Positions 10,888 to 21,823 of a DNA stretch of 64,000 nucleotides are shown here, in pieces (the first letter of the stretch is position 1; the number at the start of each line of letters is the position of its first letter). The position numbers were made by a program, and so were the translations under genes. Below the pieces are notes generated by a model. It made no database searches, was not told the DNA's origin, and worked only from the letters and a program-made list of their open reading frames with translations. This stretch comes from Syntrophales bacterium (lineage in GTDB: Bacteria; Desulfobacterota; Syntrophia; Syntrophales; UBA2210): positions 1,120,001 to 1,184,000 of the forward strand of contig CAXXNF010000002.1 in NCBI GenBank assembly GCA_963666365.2. Direction: 5' to 3'.

Positions 10888-12081
10888 TCAGACCAGCATC
10901 TTTACGGCCTGTGCCATACGCTGCAATCCCTCTTCAATCTGCGCCATCGACGTCGCATAGGAGAGACGAATGTAACGATCGGCCCCGAAGGCGATGCCGG
11001 GAACAACTGCAATACCCGCAACATCAAGCAGATAGCTTGCGAATGAATTCGAATCCTTCACAAGGTGTTCCCCGAAAGATTTCCCATAGAGCGAAGACAC
11101 ATTGGGGAACACATAAAAAGCGCCCTGAGGCTCAGTACATCGCACGCCCGGCATATTGTTCAGCGCGGCCACGATATAATTTCGTCTTTTTTTGAACTCT
11201 TCCACCATGGCTTCCGTTGCGCTTTGTGCGCCGGTGAGCGCCGCTACGGCCGCCTTCTGCGATATTGACGTCGGATTAGACGTATTCTGGCTTTGTATTT
11301 TTGCCACCGCGGCAATGATTTCCTGCGGTCCGGCGGCATATCCTATCCTCCATCCGGTCATCGAATGAGACTTTGAAACACCGTTTACTACCACCGCCCG
11401 GCTCATCATCTCCTCATCTACGGTTACGACATTCGAAAACCGGTATCCATCGTAGACGATCTTCTCGTAAATATCGTCGCTTATTACCGTAATCGAGTGT
11501 TTTTTAATGACATCGGCCAGAGCCTTCAGCTCTTCATCCGTGTAAGCCGCGCCTGTCGGATTAGAAGGACTGTTCAAAATAACAGCCCTGGTCTTCCCCG
11601 TGATCGCCTGTTCCAGCGCATCGGGGGTCACCTTGAATTGATCGGTTTCTCCCGTTTCAAGAATAACCGGTGTGGCATCGGCCAGAAGCACGATATCGGG
11701 GTATGATACCCAGTAAGGCGCCGGGATAATCACCTCATCCCCCTTGTCGAAAAGAGCCTGTGCGAGATTGTAGATCGTATGCTTCGCCCCACAGGAGACC
11801 ACCACCTGGGACATTTCATAGGAAAGCCCGTTGTCATTCCGCAATTTTTCAATAATGGCCTTTTTAAGTTCGTCTATACCGCCTACGGGGGTGTATTTTG
11901 TAAAACCCTCTTCAATCGCCTCTATCGCCGCGTGCTTGATGTGATCCGGGGTATCGAAATCCGGTTCACCGGCGCCGAAGCTCAGAATATCCTTTCCTTC
12001 CGCACGCAAGGCAGCTGCCTTCGCCGTAACCGCGAGCGTAGGCGATGGTTTGATTCTCCCTACACGATCCGCAAGTTTCAT
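10888..12081 (-). CDS. aspC: class I/II PLP-dependent (aspartate) aminotransferase
   Basis: GEPDFDTP, NSPSNPTG, SDDIY, SKSHSMTGWRIG (PLP lysine). Confidence 0.9.
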   Translation of the reverse strand: MKLADRVGRIKPSPTLAVTAKAAALRAEGKDILSFGAGEPDFDTPDHIKHAAIEAIEEGFTKYTPVGGIDELKKAIIEKLRNDNGLSYEMSQVVVSCGAKHTIYNLAQALFDKGDEVIIPAPYWVSYPDIVLLADATPVILETGETDQFKVTPDALEQAITGKTRAVILNSPSNPTGAAYTDEELKALADVIKKHSITVISDDIYEKIVYDGYRFSNVVTVDEEMMSRAVVVNGVSKSHSMTGWRIGYAAGPQEIIAAVAKIQSQNTSNPTSISQKAAVAALTGAQSATEAMVEEFKKRRNYIVAALNNMPGVRCTEPQGAFYVFPNVSSLYGKSFGEHLVKDSNSFASYLLDVAGIAVVPGIAFGADRYIRLSYATSMAQIEEGLQRMAQAVKMLV

Positions 12082-12128
12082 TTCTTTTGGCCCTCACTTT
12101 ATTATGTGTTGGTGGAATGTTCTCACTT

Positions 12129-12650
12129 TTAACACCTGTCTTTTCTTTTCCTGGAACAGCCTTCCCTCAAAAGGGGGAATTTTTCTTTTAACAGTTGCAG
12201 CACATCATCGGGAACCAGCCCGCGCACCGAGCCTCCGAAACTTGCCGCTTCCTTGATGATGCGGGAATTACAATAAAACCACTTGGAGCCGGTCATCAGA
12301 AATACCGTTTCTACCTGGCGGTCAAGTCTCCGGTTAATCAAGGCCAGCTGAAATTCATACTCGAAATCCGACATTGCCCTCAGTCCCCTCAGGATGACCG
12401 TTGCATCAACCGTTTCAAGATAGTCGACCAGGAGACCGGTATAGCTTCCCACTTCCAGTTTCGGGTTGTCTCCTATGAGCTGCCTGATCATCTCAATACG
12501 TTCTTCCACAGTAAAGAGCGCCGATTTTGTCGGATTGTTACCGATTGCAATAATGATTTTGTCAAATATCCTCAAGCCCCGGTTGATGATGTCGACGTGC
12601 CCGTTGGTGATCGGGTCAAAAGACCCCGGATATACCGCTACTTTACCCAT
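12129..12650 (-). CDS. coaD: pantetheine-phosphate adenylyltransferase
   Basis: YPGSFDPITNGH, RGLRAMSDFEYE. Confidence 0.97.
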   Translation of the reverse strand: MGKVAVYPGSFDPITNGHVDIINRGLRIFDKIIIAIGNNPTKSALFTVEERIEMIRQLIGDNPKLEVGSYTGLLVDYLETVDATVILRGLRAMSDFEYEFQLALINRRLDRQVETVFLMTGSKWFYCNSRIIKEAASFGGSVRGLVPDDVLQLLKEKFPLLREGCSRKRKDRC

Positions 12651-12692
12651 TGCACAACTCCTTACACAGTTGATTGGAACAGATTAGAGGCC

Positions 12693-13253
12693 TTACCGCG
12701 AGCCGCCTGCGAAAGGCCTGAAAAATGTGAGCGCTGTATCTCCATATCTTCGCTGCTCTGTCAATTGAAAAGTGCCTCCATGGATACATTCTTCTCTGAC
12801 GGAGTGCTCTACAATAAACAGACCTTCTTCCGCAAGCAATTGATCCATGCCGGGTATATGCAGTATCTTTTCTGCATATCCCTTTTCATAGGGGGGATCG
12901 GCAAAAATAACCTCAAAACATTCCCTGCGATTTCGAAGGAGGGGAACTGCCTTTTCCACGGGTGCGACAATAATTTCGAAACCATGCTCAAATCCGCAAC
13001 GCTGAATGTTGTTTCGTATGGCTTCGGCATGCCTGCGCCTTTGTTCCACAGAGACCACCGCGTCGGCGCCTCTGCTCATGGCCTCTATGCCGACATTGCC
13101 CGTTCCGGCAAAGAGGTCGAGAAAACGCACACCCTCCAAGGGACCGATAATATTAAAAAGCGATTCCTTAAGTCTGTCGGTCGTTATCCTGATGCAGTCG
13201 CTCTTCGGGGCAACAATATTCCTGCCCTTGGCCTTTCCTCCAATTATTTTCAT
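12693..13253 (-). CDS. rsmD: 16S rRNA m2G966 methyltransferase RsmD
   Basis: MKIIGG, LDLFAGTG, DPPY. Confidence 0.93.
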   Translation of the reverse strand: MKIIGGKAKGRNIVAPKSDCIRITTDRLKESLFNIIGPLEGVRFLDLFAGTGNVGIEAMSRGADAVVSVEQRRRHAEAIRNNIQRCGFEHGFEIIVAPVEKAVPLLRNRRECFEVIFADPPYEKGYAEKILHIPGMDQLLAEEGLFIVEHSVREECIHGGTFQLTEQRRYGDTALTFFRPFAGGSR

Positions 13254-13256
13254 GTA

Positions 13257-14276
13257 TCAGGACAAGTAATCCTTTATGAGAATCTCCGCTATCTGAACGG
13301 CATTGAGGGCCGCCCCTTTTCTGATGTTGTCCGAGACAACCCACATATTGATTCCGTTGGCAATCGATTCGTCTTCTCTGATCCTCCCCACGTAGGTATC
13401 GTCTTTCCCCGCCGCATCAATGGCCAGCGGATATTCGAATTTTGCCGGATTATCAACCACGGTGACACCGGGGGCTTTTGAAAGAAGCTCTCTCACCTCG
13501 GAGGCAGTAATTTTCTGTTTTGTTTCGATATTCACCGATTCAGAATGGCTGAAAAATACGGGCACCCTCACGGTCGTGGCGGTAACGGCAATGGCGGGAT
13601 CATGAAGAATCTTTCTTGTTTCATTGACCATCTTCATTTCTTCCTTGGTATAGCCGTTTTCTAGAAACACGTCGATGTGGGGAAGACAGTTAAAGGCGAT
13701 TCTGTGAGGATAGACCTTCGCCTGCGGTTCCTTGAAACTCATGAGATCCCGGGTCTGCTGTTCCAGTTCCTCTATTGCCTTTTTTCCTGTACCGGAAACC
13801 GCCTGATAGGTTGAAACAACAATCCTTTTAATGCCTGCTGCATCGTATATCGGCTTCAAGGCCACGATCATCTGTATCGTGGAACAGTTGGGGTTTGCAA
13901 TAATATGTTTCGCTTTGTACAGGCCGATATCCTCAGGATTTACTTCAGGTACGACAAGTGGTATTTCAGGAACCATTCTGAAAGCGCTTGTGTTGTCGAT
14001 AACCACACATCCCGCCTTTGCCGCCGCGGGGGCAAACCGTTCACTGATGCTGCCGCCCGCCGAAAACAACCCTACCTGCATTCCTTCAAAGGATTCCTCC
14101 GTAAGAATTTCCACCGGCCAGGCCTTCCCCCTGAATTCCATCTCTTTTCCCAGAGATCGCTCCGACGCCAGAAACTTTACCCTGTTTACAGGAAAATTCC
14201 GTTCTTCAAGGATTTTAGTCATCTCATTTCCGACAGCGCCTGTTGCACCCACTACGGCCACATTATACTTTTTCAT
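13257..14276 (-). CDS. asd: aspartate-semialdehyde dehydrogenase
   Basis: GATGAVG, ANPNCST, DNIRKGAALNAVQIAE. Confidence 0.97.
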   Translation of the reverse strand: MKKYNVAVVGATGAVGNEMTKILEERNFPVNRVKFLASERSLGKEMEFRGKAWPVEILTEESFEGMQVGLFSAGGSISERFAPAAAKAGCVVIDNTSAFRMVPEIPLVVPEVNPEDIGLYKAKHIIANPNCSTIQMIVALKPIYDAAGIKRIVVSTYQAVSGTGKKAIEELEQQTRDLMSFKEPQAKVYPHRIAFNCLPHIDVFLENGYTKEEMKMVNETRKILHDPAIAVTATTVRVPVFFSHSESVNIETKQKITASEVRELLSKAPGVTVVDNPAKFEYPLAIDAAGKDDTYVGRIREDESIANGINMWVVSDNIRKGAALNAVQIAEILIKDYLS

Positions 14277-14362
14277 TGTCTACTTCTTTCACTCCCCATT
14301 CTTAGAGTTATAGGCCTCAAGACATCTTGCGGCTTTTATCGCCTCGCAGATCCGCCGGCCTT

Positions 14363-15130
14363 TTATCGCAACTGTTCATCCTCCTGGTCTCTGTGAACCT
14401 TTTTATTCGCCATCTTGCAGAGCGTCCATGAAGGACCTGAAATACTGTATCCGACGGCGACGGCAAAAAATACTATTTGCGGCTCAAGCACGACGAAAAC
14501 AAATATGAGCACGATAAGCACAAAGGTCATAAAAGGCTTTCGCGCAAAAAAATTCAGATCTTTAAAGCTGTAGTACTTGATGTTGCTTACCATGAGTAAC
14601 GATAAAAAAAACATCGCCGTGGGAATCGAGGGGTGATGAAAGGTCCCCTTGCCTCCCAGAAAATTAAAAAACAGTATGGTCGTCGCAATCACAAGCGCCG
14701 CAGCGGGAATGGGAAGCCCGTTGAATATCTTGCTGTCGACACTGGCAATTTGTATGTTGAATCTCGCCAGTCGCATGGCGCCGCAGGCAACAAAAAGAAA
14801 CGCGATAAGCCATCCATACCGTCCGTAGGGCGAAAGCGCCCAGTTGTAGGCAATAATTGCAGGAGCAACGCCGAATGACACAAGGTCCGAAAGTGAGTCG
14901 TATTCCACGCCGAATCTGCTGGTCGTATTGGTGAATCGAGCAATTTTCCCGTCCAGCCCATCCAGCACACAGGCGATAATGACCAGGATTGCCGCACGAT
15001 GAAAATTACCGTCGATTGAAGATATGATCGCATAAAACCCGCAGAAGAGGCTTCCTGTCGTAAAAAGATTGGGCAGGATATAAATGCCCTTTTTCATACC
15101 GTCACGCTCACCCTTTTCATGCATCCTCAT
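14363..15130 (-). CDS. pssA: CDP-diacylglycerol--serine O-phosphatidyltransferase (alternative start 15097)
   Basis: LPNLFT, DGLDGKIAR...FGVEYDSLSD CDP-alcohol phosphotransferase motif; adjacent to psd. Confidence 0.93.
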   Translation of the reverse strand: MRMHEKGERDGMKKGIYILPNLFTTGSLFCGFYAIISSIDGNFHRAAILVIIACVLDGLDGKIARFTNTTSRFGVEYDSLSDLVSFGVAPAIIAYNWALSPYGRYGWLIAFLFVACGAMRLARFNIQIASVDSKIFNGLPIPAAALVIATTILFFNFLGGKGTFHHPSIPTAMFFLSLLMVSNIKYYSFKDLNFFARKPFMTFVLIVLIFVFVVLEPQIVFFAVAVGYSISGPSWTLCKMANKKVHRDQEDEQLR

Positions 15131-15774
15131 GGCAGCCTCCCTATCGCTGTCGCGCCCGCCTTAACCTTGTCTCCCACGGTCACAAGGATCTCCGTATCCA
15201 CCGGAGCAAACACTTCCAATCGCGATCCGAACCGTATCAGACCGAACCGCTCCCCCTTTTCAAGTCTCATTCCTTCCTTTTTCCAACATACAATGCGTCG
15301 TGCCACGAGACCGGCAATTTGTATGACAAGAATATCTCTTCCATCATCCCTTTTTATGACAACGGCGTTTCTCTCGTTTGAAAGGGACGCCTTGTCCAGG
15401 TTGGCCGAAAAAAATTTGCCCTGTCGGTAACTGATTCTCCCTACGATGCCGGCACAGGGCGACCTGTTGACATGAACGTTGAAAATATTCATAAAAATAC
15501 TGATTTTTTTGAATCGGCCAGGGAACAATTCTCTTTCTCCTTCTGCCTCTTCGATTTTAAGAATGCGTCCATCGGCCGGAGACACCAGAAGATCCGCTCC
15601 GGATGGAATTTTCCTCTCGGGGTTCCGAAAAAACCACAGCACATAGAGGGCAGCCAGGGCGAAGAGAAGGCCAGCCCAGGCAAAGGAAAACAAAGTTGCC
15701 GCGACGGCAACAAGGGCAAGAGGCACAAAAAAACGCATTCCATCGAGGGCGATCGGAAATTCAGTTTTCTTCAT
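15127..15774 (-). CDS. psd: phosphatidylserine decarboxylase proenzyme
   Basis: FFRNPER, SPADG, HVNRSP, RFGSR self-cleavage motif; start set at MKKTEFPIA. Confidence 0.92.
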   Translation of the reverse strand: MKKTEFPIALDGMRFFVPLALVAVAATLFSFAWAGLLFALAALYVLWFFRNPERKIPSGADLLVSPADGRILKIEEAEGERELFPGRFKKISIFMNIFNVHVNRSPCAGIVGRISYRQGKFFSANLDKASLSNERNAVVIKRDDGRDILVIQIAGLVARRIVCWKKEGMRLEKGERFGLIRFGSRLEVFAPVDTEILVTVGDKVKAGATAIGRLP

Positions 15775-15838
15775 ATTATCCACCGTTTCATCTATATCGT
15801 CCCACCGGGAACAGGACACCCTCTTCTCGATGCCGCCT

Positions 15839-16525
15839 TTACTCGCGCTGCCCGCCTTCCGCATAGGATGATCTCAAATAGTGCGGCATTACCGTTAGTG
15901 CACTGAGCCTATCACCAGACTCGTATTTTTTCAATCCTATAACTCCCACTGCACTCGCACGGATATTATTGTCCGCAGGGCCTGCAAAATGAATCTTTTC
16001 TGCGAGTGTTTCTTTGAAATAGTCTGCGTAGGCGACGGCACCTTCACCTACAAAACACATCTTCCCGTCAATTTTATCAATGAGGGCCTGCGGGGTAATG
16101 ACCATCTCTTCACCCACTCTTTGCGGTATCTCACCCGATCGCGGTTCGTAACAGGCCGCATATAGTTCGCCTCTTCGCGCGTCCAGCATCGCACAAATCG
16201 GCATATTTTCCTCACGCACATTCATCGCAAGCGCATCAAGCGACGACACCGCCACCACGGGCTTGTTATGGGCAAAGGCGAGCCCTTTCACGGATCCGAT
16301 ACCGACCCTGAGTCCCGTGAATGAACCGGGACCGACGGTGCATGCCAAAAGTTCTATATCGGAAAGTGCTATCTCCGTCAGTGACAGCGCCGCTTCTATG
16401 GCGGCAAGTGTCGTTTCTCCATGCTGCCGGTCCGTGGTGAGGGCAATTTCAACCAGCACCCTTTTGTAATTCAGAATCGACAGGGACATCCCCCGTGAAG
16501 CTGTGTCGAGAGCCAGGATGAGCAC
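15839..16525 (-). CDS. tsaB: tRNA threonylcarbamoyladenosine biosynthesis protein TsaB
   Basis: LALDTAS, GPGSFTGLRVG, DARRGE. Confidence 0.95.
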   Translation of the reverse strand: MLILALDTASRGMSLSILNYKRVLVEIALTTDRQHGETTLAAIEAALSLTEIALSDIELLACTVGPGSFTGLRVGIGSVKGLAFAHNKPVVAVSSLDALAMNVREENMPICAMLDARRGELYAACYEPRSGEIPQRVGEEMVITPQALIDKIDGKMCFVGEGAVAYADYFKETLAEKIHFAGPADNNIRASAVGVIGLKKYESGDRLSALTVMPHYLRSSYAEGGQRE

Positions 16526-16528
16526 GGA

Positions 16529-17599
16529 TCACTCTCCTCCTGTGAGTTTGACGATATCGTTATAGGTGACCCAAAACATTAGCACTATGAGCAGGAAAAA
16601 TCCCACCTGTTGCGCTGCTTCACGCCATTTCGGCTTTATTTCCCTCCTGGTGATCAACTCGATGAGATAAAACATGATATGCCCCCCGTCGAGTACCGGA
16701 ATGGGTAATAAATTGAGCACTCCCAGATTTACACTGAGAATTGCCATAAAAAAGAGAAAGGGCACAAATCCCTGACGGGCGTAATCTCCCGACATCTTCG
16801 CAATGAATATCGGGCCGCCCAATGTCTTCGGGGAGATTACCCGCTGCACTATTTTTACCATGCTTATGTAGGTAAGTTTTATAAACCACCAGGTCTGGGC
16901 GATCCCCTCGGCGACAGCTCGAACGGGATTGAGCCTTTCGATATGCGTCTCCGATGAAATGCCGATGCCGATCGCATATGATTCCGACTTTTCCCCAAAA
17001 ATATTGGATCGTTCCGTGGTACGGGGCGTGACGATAACATCCAGAATCCGGTCTTCCCGCTCTATGACTATCTTGAGGCTGTTCCCCCCGCTGGCACTTA
17101 TTATCTCGGAAAGTTCGGACCATTTTTTGATCTCTCTGTCATCGATCCTGAGAATCCTGTCTCCCTCCTTCAGCCCTGCTTCGTAGGCCGGACTGTTCTC
17201 CATGACAGTACCTACTTGAGAGGTTGACACGGGAACGCCGATCGAATAAATCAGAGCAAAGGCGACGAAGGCAAACAGAAAATTAAAAATCGGACCGGCC
17301 ACCACGATGGCCATTCGTTTTATCACCGATTGATTGAGGAAGGACCTTTTTTCATCTTCCGGAGATAATTTCTCGCCGTCGGATTCGCCCAGAAGTTTCA
17401 CATAGCCACCGAGGGGAATGATCGACAGCACATATTCAGTCTCGCCGATTTTCCTGCCTATGATTTTCGGTCCGAAGCCGAGAGAAAATTTAAGAACGCC
17501 CACCCCGATGCGCTTGGCAACAATGAAATGTCCAAACTCATGGACAAAAATAAGCACGCCAAGCAAAATAATTACCGATACGATATTAATGCCAATCAA
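16529..17599 (-). CDS. rseP: RIP metalloprotease RseP
   Basis: HEFGH, PDZ domain, NLLPIPVLDGG. Confidence 0.96.
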   Translation of the reverse strand: MIGINIVSVIILLGVLIFVHEFGHFIVAKRIGVGVLKFSLGFGPKIIGRKIGETEYVLSIIPLGGYVKLLGESDGEKLSPEDEKRSFLNQSVIKRMAIVVAGPIFNFLFAFVAFALIYSIGVPVSTSQVGTVMENSPAYEAGLKEGDRILRIDDREIKKWSELSEIISASGGNSLKIVIEREDRILDVIVTPRTTERSNIFGEKSESYAIGIGISSETHIERLNPVRAVAEGIAQTWWFIKLTYISMVKIVQRVISPKTLGGPIFIAKMSGDYARQGFVPFLFFMAILSVNLGVLNLLPIPVLDGGHIMFYLIELITRREIKPKWREAAQQVGFFLLIVLMFWVTYNDIVKLTGGE

Positions 17600-18765
17600 C
17601 GATTTTCCTGTATCCTTTCAATAATTTTACCCGTCTCCACCCGCGCCCGCCGGTCCGCCTCGAGAATATCTTCTATAGTGCTCGAGTTACGGGGCGTATG
17701 TCTCTGAAGGGCCTCCCCGATAATTTCAGCAATGTCAAGAAAACCTATCACGCCTGAGATAAAGGCATTGACGGCGACTTCATTCGATGCATTCAAAACC
17801 GCCGGTGCGGTTCCGCCGACACGCGCCGCCCGGCATGCAAGGTCCAAGCTCATGAATTTTTCCCTGTCCGGCGCGAAAAAGTCCAGCGTTCCCACTTCGC
17901 ATATATTGAGGTTGCAATGTTCGCTGAAAAGCCGGTCCGGATAGGACAGTGCATATGCTATGGGGACTCTCATATCGGGGACGCCCAGTTGCGCAATGAT
18001 GGAACCATCCACATACTCCACCATGGAGTGAATGATGCTCTGGGGGTGAATCACCACATCGATCTTGTCGACGTCAACGGAAAAAAGCCACATGGCTTCT
18101 ATAATCTCCAGCCCTTTGTTCATCATCGTCGCCGAATCGATGGTGATCTTCGGTCCCATTTTCCAGTTGGGATGTTTCAGCGCTTCTTCAACTGTCACCG
18201 CTCCGAGTTCATCAACGGCCCTGTGAAGAAAGGGCCCTCCCGAAGCGGTAAGAATTATTCTGCGCAGGCTTTTTGTTGTGTGGCCTTCAAGACACTGAAA
18301 AATTGCGCTGTGTTCACTGTCCACGGGAAGCAATGCCACGTTCTTTGCCCGTGCCTTTTCCACTACGATACCGCCTGCCATAACCAGTGTTTCTTTGTTT
18401 GCCAGTGCAATATCCTTACCGGCATCGATTGCGGCAATCGTAGGCAGAAGCCCCGCGGCTCCGACCATGGCGGAAATCACCGTCCGCGTCTCGTTCAGTG
18501 TCGCCACCTCATTGTACCCTTCAGCCCCCCATAGGATCTTCGTCGGGTTCGAGGGTCCGAGCCTTTCGCGCAACCGTGCCGCTTCGTCCTCGTCAATGAC
18601 CGCCGCCGCCGATGGTCCGAAGCGTTCGATTTGTTCAGCAAGCAGCGCAACATTACGATACGCCGTAAGCCCTGCCACACGAAAATGCGACGGGTTGGCT
18701 GCAATCACGTCCAGGGCGTTTCTGCCTATGGATCCTGTTGAACCGAGTATGGATATATCTTTCAT
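17596..18765 (-). CDS. dxr: 1-deoxy-D-xylulose-5-phosphate reductoisomerase
   Basis: LGSTGSIG, LANKE, LPVDSEHSA, MGPKITIDSATMMNKGLE. Confidence 0.97.
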   Translation of the reverse strand: MKDISILGSTGSIGRNALDVIAANPSHFRVAGLTAYRNVALLAEQIERFGPSAAAVIDEDEAARLRERLGPSNPTKILWGAEGYNEVATLNETRTVISAMVGAAGLLPTIAAIDAGKDIALANKETLVMAGGIVVEKARAKNVALLPVDSEHSAIFQCLEGHTTKSLRRIILTASGGPFLHRAVDELGAVTVEEALKHPNWKMGPKITIDSATMMNKGLEIIEAMWLFSVDVDKIDVVIHPQSIIHSMVEYVDGSIIAQLGVPDMRVPIAYALSYPDRLFSEHCNLNICEVGTLDFFAPDREKFMSLDLACRAARVGGTAPAVLNASNEVAVNAFISGVIGFLDIAEIIGEALQRHTPRNSSTIEDILEADRRARVETGKIIERIQENR

Positions 18766-19568
18766 GGCAACATGAACAGCTTATAATAATATACAAAGGG
18801 AGCGATAAAAAGCAGTGAATCCAGGCGGTCCAGCACTCCGCCATGGCCGGGGAAAAGGGTTCCCGAATCTTTCCTCCCCGACGCTCTCTTGATTGCCGAT
18901 TCGCAGAGATCTCCCAGCTGGCCGAAAATGCTGCCCAGAAATCCAAGCATGGCGGCATGCATCCAGGGAACCTGCTGTAAAAAGAGGAATGAAAAGACGA
19001 CACAGACAATCACCGCTCCGGCAATTCCTCCCAATGATCCCTCGACTGTTTTGCCTGCGCTGACCGATGGAATAAGTTTTCGCCTTCCCCAGGTCCGTCC
19101 CGCGTAGAAGGCGAAGACATCACTGGCAAAGGCAATTAGTACGAGAAAGAAAATCCATTCTCTCCCCTTCTCATCATCTCTCACCAGAATAAAATAGGAC
19201 ATCATCAGCGCCACATAGAACACGCCGAATATCACCTTCACGGGAGCGTCAATGTTCGCCGGATAGGTCCGTATTTTGAGCAAAAAGAGAATGAAGACAC
19301 CTATCACCACAAAGGTAGAGAGTGCAATGACAAGCTCGAGACCGCCCACAAAGGCCGCCGCCATGACGAGAAATCCCGCAACGAGCGTTTCACTCTTTTC
19401 CTTTGGCATGCCTTCGGAAAAGACCATTGCGTTGTATTCACCAAGTCCGAGCAGGGCCAGTGCAGCAATAAAGAGGGCAAAAACAAGCTTGGTGCCCAGT
19501 ATAACGACACAGAGAATAACGGGCAGTGCAACGGCAGCCGTTATCCATCTTTTTGCATGAGAATTCAT
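18762..19568 (-). CDS. cdsA: phosphatidate cytidylyltransferase
   Basis: KTVEG, GDLCESAIKR..KDSG..PGHGGVLDRLDS. Confidence 0.95.
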   Translation of the reverse strand: MNSHAKRWITAAVALPVILCVVILGTKLVFALFIAALALLGLGEYNAMVFSEGMPKEKSETLVAGFLVMAAAFVGGLELVIALSTFVVIGVFILFLLKIRTYPANIDAPVKVIFGVFYVALMMSYFILVRDDEKGREWIFFLVLIAFASDVFAFYAGRTWGRRKLIPSVSAGKTVEGSLGGIAGAVIVCVVFSFLFLQQVPWMHAAMLGFLGSIFGQLGDLCESAIKRASGRKDSGTLFPGHGGVLDRLDSLLFIAPFVYYYKLFMLP

Positions 19569-19572
19569 AATG

Positions 19573-20310
19573 TCAGTTCCTTGACAACTGATCGCTGGTC
19601 AATCCGAACCGCCGTTCCCGTCTTTGATAGTCGACAATGGCCTCAATGAACGAATCTCTTGAAAAATCGGGCCATAGCACGTCGACAAAATAGAGTTCCG
19701 TGTAGGCAATCTGCCAGAGCAGAAAATTACTTATTCTGTATTCGCCGCTGGTCCTGATCAGAAGATCGGGATCAGGCATACCGGCCGTGTACAGATATTT
19801 CGAAAACGTCTCCTTATCAATGCGTTCGGGATTGAGTGCGCCCGTTTCGCAGTCCTTCATCATGCGCCGCACCACCTCGACGATCTCGTCTCTGCCGCCG
19901 TAGCTGAGGGCCAACGTAAGCACCATATCGCCATTATGCTTCGTTTTTTCCAGCGTATCCCTCAGCACCTCCCCTACGCGGCGCGGGAGGGCATCGATGT
20001 CGCCGATGGTCGAGAGCCGTATGCCGTTGTCCACCATTTCCTGCAGCTCCGCCTTGAGGTAGTCTTCAAGCAACGACATCAGTGCACGCACTTCATCCTT
20101 GGGACGAGACCAGTTTTCCACTGAAAAGGCATAGAGTGTGAGAAAATTAACCCCTAATTCCCTGGCGGTTCTCACCACGCTCCGCACCGCATCGGCGCCC
20201 TTTTTGTGCCCTATGAGCCTTCTCAGTGCGTTTTTTTTTGCCCACCGGCCATTTCCATCCATAATGATCGCGACATGCCGAGGGAGTCTATCCTTGTCGA
20301 TTCTATGCAT
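19573..20310 (-). CDS. uppS: undecaprenyl diphosphate synthase
   Basis: HVAIIMDGNGRWA, FSVENWSRP, RTSGEYRISNFLLWQ. Confidence 0.97.
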   Translation of the reverse strand: MHRIDKDRLPRHVAIIMDGNGRWAKKNALRRLIGHKKGADAVRSVVRTARELGVNFLTLYAFSVENWSRPKDEVRALMSLLEDYLKAELQEMVDNGIRLSTIGDIDALPRRVGEVLRDTLEKTKHNGDMVLTLALSYGGRDEIVEVVRRMMKDCETGALNPERIDKETFSKYLYTAGMPDPDLLIRTSGEYRISNFLLWQIAYTELYFVDVLWPDFSRDSFIEAIVDYQRRERRFGLTSDQLSRN

Positions 20311-20431
20311 ATAAATCCTATATCCACAAAATAATTAACAACATCGGAGTGGTGTATCATAGCACGACGCCATTTTCAATCTATCTTTGGAGGCACCGTC
20401 CACGATGTCATCCTTCCTGCACGGCCTGAGC

Positions 20432-20461
20432 ATAAAGAAAAAGGGAACCGAGGTTCCCTTT
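20432..20461 (-). terminator. intrinsic terminator after frr
   Basis: Perfect inverted repeat AAAGGGAACC-ga-GGTTCCCTTT, with a T-rich tail on the minus strand. Confidence 0.75.
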
Positions 20462-20486
20462 CCTGACCTGTACACCATGACCGGCA

Positions 20487-21044
20487 TTAAATCTCCATTA
20501 TCTCGGCTTCCTTTGCGGCCATCACCTCGTCGGTTTTCTTTATGTACTCGTCGGTTATCGTTTGCACATCCTCCTGGTAATCATGAAGGTTGTCCTCTGA
20601 AATATCTCCGTCCGTTTTCAGTTTTTTCAGTTCATTGTTTGCATCGCGGCGTGAGTTTCGGACCTGGATTTTGCATTCCTCCGCCATTTTTTTGACGATT
20701 TTAACCAATTCTTTTCGTCGCTCCTCAGTTAAAGGCGGGATAGATATCCGAATAATTTTTCCGTCATTTGAAGGCACCAATCCCAGTTCCGATTTCTGTA
20801 TCGCCTTTTCAATGTTTCCAAGGGCGCTCTTGTCCCATGGTGAAATGACGATCATCTGGCTTTCCGGTACGGAAAGTGTGGCCACTTGATTCAGAGGAGT
20901 CGGCGCACCGTAATAATCCACTTTTATCCCGTCAAGCAACGCGATGGAGGCGCGGCCGGTTCTTACTTTGTGCAGCGACTTTTGAAAAAATTCAACGTTG
21001 CTTTCCATGTTCTGGCGTAGTTCTTCAAAAATCAGTTCCGTCAT
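20487..21044 (-). CDS. frr: ribosome recycling factor
   Basis: [27 protein letters not shown]. Confidence 0.98.
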   Translation of the reverse strand: MTELIFEELRQNMESNVEFFQKSLHKVRTGRASIALLDGIKVDYYGAPTPLNQVATLSVPESQMIVISPWDKSALGNIEKAIQKSELGLVPSNDGKIIRISIPPLTEERRKELVKIVKKMAEECKIQVRNSRRDANNELKKLKTDGDISEDNLHDYQEDVQTITDEYIKKTDEVMAAKEAEIMEI

Positions 21045-21763
21045 GTCTCACTCCCGACAATTGTTCCGACATTTTTCCCACACACCACATCCCGAATATT
21101 GCCTTTTTTTTCAAGATTAAAAACGATAAGGGGAAGATTGTTGTCCCGGCACAGCGATATCGCCGTCGCATCCATTACTTTTAAATTCCGCGCCAGCGCC
21201 TCGGTATAACTGACCCGATCGAACATCACCGCATCCCGGCATGTTACAGGATCCTTGTCGTAGACCCCATCAACCTTTGTCGCCTTGAGCATCACATCGG
21301 CATTTATTTCCAGCGCCCGCAAGGACGCCGCCGTGTCGGTGGTGAAGTAGGGATTTCCCGTTCCCCCCGCAAAAATGACCACTCTTCCAGCTTTCAGGTG
21401 CTTTATAGCCCTCTCTCTCACGAAAGGTTCGGCTATGCGCATCATTTCAATTGCTGAAAGAATTCTTACGGGGATTTCTCGTCGTTCAAAGGTTTGCTGA
21501 AGGGCAATACTGTTCATTACCGTTGCCAGCATACCCATGTTATCGGCCGACGCTCTGTCAATACCATGGGAGGTCATTTCCACCCCCCGATAGATGTTGC
21601 CGCCGCCGATCACGATGCCGATCTCCACCCTCATTTCGACGAGAGCGCTTATTTCGTCGGCAATAAATTCCAGAACGGCCATGTCGATGCCAAAGGATTT
21701 TTCTCCCAGCAGCGCCTCTCCGCTCAGCTTCAGAAGAACCCTTTTGTACACCGCCTTTTTCAT
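21041..21763 (-). CDS. pyrH: UMP kinase
   Basis: [27 protein letters not shown]; start set at MKKAVYK. Confidence 0.97.
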   Translation of the reverse strand: MKKAVYKRVLLKLSGEALLGEKSFGIDMAVLEFIADEISALVEMRVEIGIVIGGGNIYRGVEMTSHGIDRASADNMGMLATVMNSIALQQTFERREIPVRILSAIEMMRIAEPFVRERAIKHLKAGRVVIFAGGTGNPYFTTDTAASLRALEINADVMLKATKVDGVYDKDPVTCRDAVMFDRVSYTEALARNLKVMDATAISLCRDNNLPLIVFNLEKKGNIRDVVCGKNVGTIVGSET

Positions 21764-21823
21764 TGCCTGCCCGTAAGAAGCGACCGGCTGCATTGGCCGG
21801 CCCTTCATCAGAAATACCGCCGT